Part shown: positions 1-6,669 of the stretch, one piece after another
How the letters are laid out: each line of letters begins with the position of its first letter
How positions within the stretch are numbered: position 1 is the stretch's first letter
Position numbers and translations under genes: made by a program
Assembly: GCA_964604655.1 (NCBI GenBank)
Contig: CAZRZY010000007.1
Coordinates: forward strand, 7,204 to 71,203
From: an uncultured Bacteroides sp.
Lineage (GTDB): Bacteria > Bacteroidota > Bacteroidia > Bacteroidales > GCA-2748055
Reading direction: 5' to 3'
DNA: 64,000 bases
The notes under the pieces: generated by a model
The model's database searches: none
Told to the model about the DNA's origin: nothing
The model's input: the letters and a program-made list of their open reading frames with translations, nothing else

Positions 1-86
1 ATCTAACGGTGATAGCCCCCGCCTCTTCCGATAGCCTGGCAGAACTGCTGCTCTGGCTCTATACCCAGCCTACCGATTTCTGGTAG
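1..86 (+). CDS. 3' end of an unidentified gene, partial at the window edge
   Basis: The frame is open from the window edge and ends at TAG 84-86 (..APASSDSLAELLLWLYTQPTDFW*). It is convergent with hydA and too short to identify. Confidence 0.25.
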   Translation, partial: LTVIAPASSDSLAELLLWLYTQPTDFW

Positions 87-91
87 TCCGG

Positions 92-1873
92 TCAGTAACG
101 AACCCTCCCCGTATAGTGGGTATGCAGTAGTTCGTGCGACTTATGTCCCAGGGGTTCTCCAAGGAAATCCTTGTAGATGGCGACGATCTCGGGGTTCTCA
201 TGAGATTTTCTGTACTCCATTGACATATCCTCCGCATAGATGGCCTCCGTGCGCTTCCTGCGGATCTCTTCGTTGGTCGGTATGGGCTGTCCACCGCCTC
301 CGAGGCAACCCCCGGGGCACGCCATTACTTCGATGAAATGGACTTCCAGTTCACCATTTTTCACTCCGTTCATTACCGTCCGGGCATTGACCAGGCCATG
401 TGCAACCACCGTCTTCAATTCCACCCCCTCAAGGAAACTCCATTCATCCTTGCAACCTTCGATTTTTATGGAAGCCATCCGAACTCCCTCCATTCCGCGA
501 ACCGGAGTAATATTCAGGCCCTCGAACGGAACCTCCCTGCCGGTAACAATTTCGTAGGCGGTCCTCAATGCAGCTTCCATCACACCCCCTGTGGCACCAA
601 AGATCACTGCGGCACCTGTGGAGGTTCCCATGAGGCTGTCGTAATGATCCTCCTTCAGTTTGTTGAATTCGACACCCGCCTGTTTGATCATCCTTGCCAG
701 TTCCCTGGTAGTAAGCACATAATCAACATCCTTGTACCCGCTGGAGCGCATTTCGGGCCGGTTGGCCTCATATTTTTTGGCCGTGCACGGCATAATGGAC
801 ACACTCACCACATCCTTGGGATCGAGATCCCTTACCTGAGCGAAATAGGTTTTCGCGAGAGCGCCGAACATCTGCTGCGGTGATTTGCAGGTGGATACAT
901 TGGGCAGGTATTCCGGGAATGTGTGCTCGATGAATTTCACCCAGCCCGGGGAGCAACTGGTCGTCATGGGCAGGGCCACTTCCGGATCCTTGTCCACCAG
1001 GGCTTTCTTCAGCCGGGTGAGCAGTTCCGTTCCCTCTTCCATGATGGTCAGGTCAGCGGTGAAGTCGGTATCCAGGACCGAATCGAATCCCAGACGCTTC
1101 AGAGCTGCCACCATTTTCCCGGTCACCCGGTTTCCAGGCTCCAGTCCCAGTTCTTCACCCAATCCGACCCTGACAGCCGGAGCGGTCTGCACCACCACAT
1201 GCTTATCGGGAGCCAGGATAGCATCCCATACCTCATCCAGATAGGTCTTTTCAACCAGAGCCCCGGTGGGGCAGCGATTCACACACTGTCCGCAATTGGT
1301 GCAGATCACTTCCGACATGGAGAGATCCTCGAAGGTGCTGATCTTCTGGCGGTCCCCCTTGTAAGCCACCGTCAGTGCATTGACTCCCTGCAACTGCTGA
1401 CAGGTCCTTACACAACGCTGGCAACGGATACACTTACTGTCGTCCTTCTGAATGGAGGGGGAGAATTTATCAACCGTGTAATCCTTGATATCGGTCAGGT
1501 CGAGAAACAGGTGATCACCGACACTGAATTCATTGGCCAGGTTCTGCAATTCACATTTGCCATTTTTATAGCACTTGGTGCAATCAGCATTATGCTCCGA
1601 AAGGAGGAGTTCAATCACATGCTTCCTGGCAGCCCTAACCTTCAGGGAGTTGGTTAAAATCTGCATCCCTTCGTTCACCGGGGTGGCACAAGCTGCCATG
1701 AGTGCTTTTCCTCCCAGTTGTTCCACTACACATACCCTGCAATTTCCGGCCACGCAAAGATCATCGTGGTGGCAGAGAACCGGGATCCGGAAATTGAGTT
1801 GCTTCGCTGCCTCCAGAATGGTCGTTCCTTCAGGGACCTTCAACGGTATGCCATTTATCGATAGATTTATCAT
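92..1873 (-). CDS. hydA: [FeFe]-hydrogenase catalytic subunit (N-terminal 2Fe-2S, FeS-cluster domains and H-cluster domain)
   Basis: The N-terminus is a 2Fe-2S ferredoxin-like domain (MINLSINGIPLKVPEGTTILEAAK..CHHDDL..CRVC). Two CxxCxxCxxxCP ferredoxin motifs follow. H-cluster motifs L2 (MPCTAKKYE) and L3 (EVMACPGGCLGGGGQP) are canonical, while L1 reads TSCSPGW. Confidence 0.95.
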   Translation of the reverse strand: MINLSINGIPLKVPEGTTILEAAKQLNFRIPVLCHHDDLCVAGNCRVCVVEQLGGKALMAACATPVNEGMQILTNSLKVRAARKHVIELLLSEHNADCTKCYKNGKCELQNLANEFSVGDHLFLDLTDIKDYTVDKFSPSIQKDDSKCIRCQRCVRTCQQLQGVNALTVAYKGDRQKISTFEDLSMSEVICTNCGQCVNRCPTGALVEKTYLDEVWDAILAPDKHVVVQTAPAVRVGLGEELGLEPGNRVTGKMVAALKRLGFDSVLDTDFTADLTIMEEGTELLTRLKKALVDKDPEVALPMTTSCSPGWVKFIEHTFPEYLPNVSTCKSPQQMFGALAKTYFAQVRDLDPKDVVSVSIMPCTAKKYEANRPEMRSSGYKDVDYVLTTRELARMIKQAGVEFNKLKEDHYDSLMGTSTGAAVIFGATGGVMEAALRTAYEIVTGREVPFEGLNITPVRGMEGVRMASIKIEGCKDEWSFLEGVELKTVVAHGLVNARTVMNGVKNGELEVHFIEVMACPGGCLGGGGQPIPTNEEIRRKRTEAIYAEDMSMEYRKSHENPEIVAIYKDFLGEPLGHKSHELLHTHYTGRVRY

Positions 1874-1899
1874 GATATCAGCTTTTTTCTTTTCTGTGA

Positions 1900-3060
1900 T
1901 TAGTAAATGATCTCTTCCTTGAAATTCTCCACGATAGAGCCAAAGGCGTTACCGACCGATTGGCCGAGGCCGCATTTGCTGGCCCGCTTCATCGTTTTGG
2001 CCAGTTTTACCAGCTCATCCAGGTATTTGGAGTTTTTCTCGCCACGCTTCACCGCTTCCACTCCCTTGAGCAGCTGCTGGCATCCCACACGGCAGGGAGT
2101 GCACTGCCCGCATGACTCCTCGGTGAAGAAGTCCAGATAGTTGTGAAGGACATTATACATAGACCGGGTGGAATTGAAAAGCTTCATGGAACCTCCGGTG
2201 GGTACACCCTCAAATCCAATGATCGTCTCCACGAAACGCTTCCTGGGAACACAGAATCCCGAAGCGCCTCCCACCTGAACCGCTTTAGTATCACCGTCTC
2301 CGAACTCTTCCACAAACTCATTCACAGACATACCCAGTTCCAGTTCATAAATACCCGCCCTGGGAGTATCTCCCGATACGGAAAACACTTTGGATCCTCT
2401 GGAATCTTTTGTGCCCAGTTCTTTGAATCTTTCCGCCCCGTACTTCATGATCATCACCGCATGAACCAGGGTCTCCACATTATTGATGGCAGTGGGTTTT
2501 CCGAATAATCCTGAGCTTGTCGGATAGGGAGGCTTGTTTCGGGGTTCTCCGCGGTTTCCTTCGATGGATTCGAACAGGGCGCTCTCCTCCCCACAGATAT
2601 AGGCCCCGCTGCCCAACCGGATCCGGATCCTGAAGTTATGGTTGTGCTCGTCCATGATTTTGTGGAACTGCTCCAGTTCTTTGTTCAGCTTCGGGATCAG
2701 AAACTTGTACTCACCCCTGAGGTAGACATACCCGTACTTGGCCCCAACCGCCCTGGCAGCAATGGCCATGCCGCAGAAAACCTTGCCGGGGACCTGGTCC
2801 AGGATTTCCCGGTCTTTGAACGTTCCCGGTTCACCCTCATCGGCATTACAGACAATATATTTTTCAGGATCCTTTTCCTGGGCAGTGAACCTCCACTTCA
2901 TTCCAGTGGGAAATCCGGCCCCTCCCCTCCCCTTCAGGTCAGAGTCCAGCACTTCCTGGCAGAGGGCATCGGGCTCCTTCTTCATGATCTTATCCATGAT
3001 CTCACGGCAATCGACCTTCTCGAAAATCAGGTCCACCCTCTTGATGAATTTATCCTTCAT
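1900..3060 (-). CDS. hydB: NuoF-like NAD(H)/FMN-binding flavoprotein subunit of the hydrogenase
   Basis: It carries the GRGGAGFPTGMKW FMN/NADH motif, NADEGEPGTFKDR and the ESCGQCTPCR 4Fe-4S motif. At 386 aa it is the NuoF core only. Confidence 0.92.
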   Translation of the reverse strand: MKDKFIKRVDLIFEKVDCREIMDKIMKKEPDALCQEVLDSDLKGRGGAGFPTGMKWRFTAQEKDPEKYIVCNADEGEPGTFKDREILDQVPGKVFCGMAIAARAVGAKYGYVYLRGEYKFLIPKLNKELEQFHKIMDEHNHNFRIRIRLGSGAYICGEESALFESIEGNRGEPRNKPPYPTSSGLFGKPTAINNVETLVHAVMIMKYGAERFKELGTKDSRGSKVFSVSGDTPRAGIYELELGMSVNEFVEEFGDGDTKAVQVGGASGFCVPRKRFVETIIGFEGVPTGGSMKLFNSTRSMYNVLHNYLDFFTEESCGQCTPCRVGCQQLLKGVEAVKRGEKNSKYLDELVKLAKTMKRASKCGLGQSVGNAFGSIVENFKEEIIY

Positions 3061-3083
3061 ATGAATTATTGTTTTTGCAGTGG

Positions 3084-3554
3084 TTATCGTTTGATGTAAT
3101 CGCGAAGTATTTCTGTCACCTTCGACGGAGTCAGTTCGGTATAGGGTGTATCGTTAATCAGCATTGCCGGAGCTTTATGGCACCAACCGATACAGTTGGC
3201 TTCCAGCAGGCTGAATTTCCTGTCCGAACTGGTCTCTCCCAGCTTGATCTTGAGGGTTTCCTCAATGGTCGATAACACATCGTTCTTGCCCTTCATGGCG
3301 CAGGAAATGGTTTTGCAAACCCTGATCACGTATTTCCCCCTGGTCTCTGTATCCAGGAATGAATAAAAGGTAGCTGTCCCGAAAACATCAGCGGCAGAGA
3401 TATCCAGCTCCCGGGCCACATCGATCATATCCTGTTTGGACAAGAACCTGTTCTGCACCACCAGGTCCTGGAGGATAGGGATCAGGCTTTCACGTGACCG
3501 GCCATGTTTATTGGCAAGTTCTCTTACAAGTTCATTTTCAACTATAGTCTCCAT
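3084..3554 (-). CDS. hydC: NuoE-like thioredoxin-fold [2Fe-2S] subunit of the hydrogenase
   Basis: The cysteine pattern CKTISC...CIGWC matches NuoE/HndA. It is the first gene of the three-gene minus-strand operon. Confidence 0.9.
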   Translation of the reverse strand: METIVENELVRELANKHGRSRESLIPILQDLVVQNRFLSKQDMIDVARELDISAADVFGTATFYSFLDTETRGKYVIRVCKTISCAMKGKNDVLSTIEETLKIKLGETSSDRKFSLLEANCIGWCHKAPAMLINDTPYTELTPSKVTEILRDYIKR

Positions 3555-3792
3555 GGGCGCAAATTCTTAAACGTATAATTCTGATTGATAATGCTTTAAT
3601 TGTTCACCTGTTATTTATTTCACAAATTGAATGGGTAAAACTAGAATTTTTATGTGAATCGCATAACAACATAAGTCACATTTTATCCAACAAGCCAAAA
3701 TACAGATTAGATCTAAATAAGAATTGAACATAACCCAATGAACATATGAGTTCCGAAGGGTTTCTGTATAAATTTCGACCCCTCCTGAAAAT

Positions 3793-3828
3793 AACTAACT
3801 ATTTAGTTGCATAACTAAATTATTAGTT
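3793..3828. promoter_or_regulatory. Two tandem 6-4-6 palindromes (AACTAA-N4-TTAGTT), candidate BlaI-family operators
   Basis: AACTAActatTTAGTT lies at 3793-3808 and AACTAAattaTTAGTT at 3813-3828, with centres 20 bp apart. They sit immediately upstream of a TAnnTTTG box and the BlaI-like gene. Confidence 0.5.
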
Positions 3829-3829
3829 T

Positions 3830-3837
3830 TATATTTG
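3830..3837 (+). promoter_or_regulatory. Bacteroidota-type -7 promoter box (TAnnTTTG)
   Basis: TATATTTG lies about 42 nt upstream of ATG 3879. Confidence 0.45.
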
Positions 3838-3878
3838 GTGGACATGTAGCAATTACACACAGCCGAAAGCAGCATGCG

Positions 3879-4265
3879 ATGGAGATAAACACACTTACAA
3901 AAGCAGAGGAACAGGTGATGCAGATCCTTTGGCAGGAAAAGAGGGCATTTGTGAAAGATCTGCTTCCCCATTTTCCGGAGCCGAAACCGGCGTACAACAC
4001 GGTATCGACTATCATCCGGATCCTGGAGAAAAAAGGGGTTGTAGATCACCGGACTTATGGAAAAACACACCAGTATTACCCGCTGATCACCAGGGAGCAG
4101 TACCGGTCAGAGCGATTTACCAATCTCATGAAGGACTATTTCAACAACTCCATGAAACAGGTAGTTTCCCACTTCGGAAAAAATGGATCGCTGGATCTGA
4201 AGGAGGCCGATGAGATTATCCAGTTGATGGAGGAACTCAAAAAGAAAGCTGGCCATGAGCAATAA
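3879..4265 (+). CDS. BlaI/MecI/CopY-family transcriptional repressor
   Basis: It has a winged-helix N-terminus (LTKAEEQVMQILW..AYNTVSTIIRILEKKGVV), is about 128 aa, and overlaps the downstream M56 gene by 11 nt. Confidence 0.9.
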   Translation: MEINTLTKAEEQVMQILWQEKRAFVKDLLPHFPEPKPAYNTVSTIIRILEKKGVVDHRTYGKTHQYYPLITREQYRSERFTNLMKDYFNNSMKQVVSHFGKNGSLDLKEADEIIQLMEELKKKAGHEQ

Positions 4266-5568
4266 TCTGATAACCTACCTGCTGGAGATGAACATCTCGC
4301 TGCTGGTCCTTTTCGCAGCCTACAAAGTACTATTTGAAAAAGACCGGAACTTCAGAGTTCGGCGGATTTACCTGCTCGGCACCATGGGGCTTTCAATGCT
4401 GATACCTCTGATGCCGGATGTTCTGATGTTGCCGCTAAACAGGTTGAATCCGGTCATATTCCGGCTGGATGAGGTCACCATCTTCTCTACCGCACAGAGC
4501 TCTTCGGTGGAAAACACGGTCTCCTTCCAACAACTCCTTCTTCTCCTCTACGGCACTATTTTCGGTCTGGGTGTCGCAAAACTGCTGGTTCAGCTCATCG
4601 GGATCATGAGGGCGGTTATCCGCTCAGAAAAACTGCATTGGCAGGGAGTAGACTTATATGCAAATAAACGCCTTCATGCCTCCAGTTTCTTCGGATACAT
4701 ATTCTTGGATCCCACTCATCTTCAGTCTGAAAATGTGAGTCATATTCTTCAGCACGAGCAGATCCATAAACAACAGTTGCATTCATTTGACAGGATCCTG
4801 GCGGAGGTATTCGTACTGCTCAACTGGTTCAACCCGGTGGCATGGATGATCCGTTCATCGGTCATCGGAAACCTGGAATACCTGGCCGATTCAACTGTGA
4901 TCAGGAAAGGAACCGATCCTTTTCACTATCAGCTTTCGATCCTGAACCAGTATATAGGAAGCGCTTCCCTCACTAATACATTCAGCAGTCAAATTAAAAA
5001 CCGAATCAACATGCTAAACCAAAATTATAAGACAGGGAGCAGGTGGAAAATCACCATCCTGTTTCCACTCGCTCTTCTGGCCGTGATTATTGTATCATGT
5101 ACAGAAACCGGCGTACCGGATGAATCCGGGATGAAGAAAACTGCCATTGCTGAAGACCAGGTCTACACAGAAGTAGATGAAATGCCCGCATTCAACGGCG
5201 GAGGTCCCATGGAATTCAGGATGTACATCGCCAGGAATCTGAAATATCCCAAAGAAGCCGCTGAAAATGCAGTTACCGGGAAAATCTTCGTCACCTTCAT
5301 TGTTCGCAAGGACGGCCGGGTGGACATACCCGATCCTTCGGAAATACCACCCGGAATAACGGGAAAAGAGATGGGTGAAGTAGTGGTGGCTGTTAGTTAC
5401 AGGTCACACGATGCCGACGGAGAACAGCCCGAATCTGAATATGTGGAACTCCTGAAAAAGGAGGCCATACGGGTGATTTCCTCCTCACCGGCCTGGGAAC
5501 CCGGAAAGGTGAACGGAACCCCTGTTAATGTCATATTCACCTTCCCGATCAATTTTGTATTGCAGTAG
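4255..5568 (+). CDS. BlaR1-like M56 peptidase membrane sensor fused to a TonB C-terminal domain
   Basis: It has N-terminal TM helices and an HEXXH motif (HEQIH). The C-terminus is TonB-like (EVDEMPAFNGG..YPKEAAENAVTGKIFVTFIV). Confidence 0.85.
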   Translation: MSNNLITYLLEMNISLLVLFAAYKVLFEKDRNFRVRRIYLLGTMGLSMLIPLMPDVLMLPLNRLNPVIFRLDEVTIFSTAQSSSVENTVSFQQLLLLLYGTIFGLGVAKLLVQLIGIMRAVIRSEKLHWQGVDLYANKRLHASSFFGYIFLDPTHLQSENVSHILQHEQIHKQQLHSFDRILAEVFVLLNWFNPVAWMIRSSVIGNLEYLADSTVIRKGTDPFHYQLSILNQYIGSASLTNTFSSQIKNRINMLNQNYKTGSRWKITILFPLALLAVIIVSCTETGVPDESGMKKTAIAEDQVYTEVDEMPAFNGGGPMEFRMYIARNLKYPKEAAENAVTGKIFVTFIVRKDGRVDIPDPSEIPPGITGKEMGEVVVAVSYRSHDADGEQPESEYVELLKKEAIRVISSSPAWEPGKVNGTPVNVIFTFPINFVLQ

Positions 5569-5599
5569 ATCGATCTGTATTACCGGAAAAAGGTCCCTG

Positions 5600-6074
5600 A
5601 TGAGATCCATACCGGCCATTTGGTGGATCATCCCCATCGTTGCTATGTTTCAATCACCGGCAGTGGCACAGGAAGATCTGTTCCTCCTTTGCACTGCCGG
5701 AACATTTGAAAAGGTGATCGATCAGGCATCGCTGGAAATGGGTGTGGCTTTCTTTCCCGGTGACCGGCGTCTGGTCCGCTCAGATAGCAGCGATTTGGCG
5801 TCCTGGCTCAAGCTGGCAGAGATCTTCATGAACCGCCAGCACTTCCATAAAGCAGTCCCCCTGCTGGATCGGTTGCTGCCCCCGGATTCAGTCAATCCTG
5901 GACAACAGCCTGCACCGGTCGGAAGAAGCGCTGGAGGATTATCACCGATTCATTCATCAACTGGACCAAATACCGAAAGAGGATGAGGGATATTCCCAGA
6001 CCCTTACCCTTAGAAAGATCGTAGAGGCCAGGATCGAAGATCTTAAAGAGGAACTGTTCTTTCTGGACCGCTGA
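5600..6074 (+). pseudogene. Small secreted helical (TPR-like) protein gene interrupted by a +1 frameshift in a C5 run
   Basis: Frame A (ATG 5600, signal peptide MRSIPAIWWIIPIVAMFQSPAVAQ) reads well to ..AVPLLDRLL. The +1 frame reads well from IQSILDNSLHRSEEALEDYHRFIHQLDQIP.. to TGA 6072-6074. The two join at CCCCC 5879-5883. Confidence 0.5.
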
Positions 6075-6152
6075 AACGGTTCTCTTTTTATCCCTTACCT
6101 TGATAAATCCAACATATTTAGCAACATTTACAGGATCAAAGACCTGCATGCG

Positions 6153-6629
6153 ATGGAAACCCCAATCGTTCATCTAATTCAGGGGATGCTCGCCCCCGGC
6201 CTGATGATCTCAGCCTGTGGACTGTTGCTTCTGGGTATGAACAATAAATACGGTTTGGTGGTAAACCGGATCAGATTGCTGAATGAGGAGAAACGAAGAC
6301 TTTTTCACCGCGATCAGATGGACGAACAGGATAGCAGCCGGCTCAGCAATATCGAACTGCAGATCAGTCATCTGATCGAAAGGATATCCCTGGTGCGAAA
6401 TGCAGTGTTCAGTTACTCCATGGCGGTGGCTCTTTTCATCGCAAGCTCGGTACTGATCGGAGTGACCATCAATAAGCGCACCCCCGGCTTCGACTGGCTG
6501 ATCATCTCCTTCTTCTATGCAGGAATGCTGGCCGTTTTCGTCGGAATTATCTTCGCAGCCATTGAGGTATGGAAAGGATACCGCATTGTAAAGATTGAAA
6601 TCTCCGAGGTGTATAAACCGATCGACTGA
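6153..6629 (+). CDS. DUF2721-like membrane protein
   Basis: The N-terminal TM segment (APGLMISACGLLLLGMNNKY), a central helix and two C-terminal TMs match the DUF2721 layout. A paralogue lies at 58072-58464. Confidence 0.7.
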   Translation: METPIVHLIQGMLAPGLMISACGLLLLGMNNKYGLVVNRIRLLNEEKRRLFHRDQMDEQDSSRLSNIELQISHLIERISLVRNAVFSYSMAVALFIASSVLIGVTINKRTPGFDWLIISFFYAGMLAVFVGIIFAAIEVWKGYRIVKIEISEVYKPID

Positions 6630-6669
6630 ACCGGCCATCTGGCTGAACCTTTCAGGTACCGGCAGTGCA

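Noticed and set aside
923-1657. A 244-aa plus-strand ORF, with its neighbours at 338-883 and 885-1244, inside the hydrogenase gene.
   Set aside because: These are antisense shadow ORFs of hydA. Their composition is low-complexity and Gly/Ser/His/Pro-rich. The opposite strand carries unmistakable hydrogenase motifs.
5892-6173. A 93-aa minus-strand ORF between the BlaR1-like gene and the DUF2721 gene.
   Set aside because: It is antisense to the much more convincing plus-strand helical reading frame that ends at 6074.
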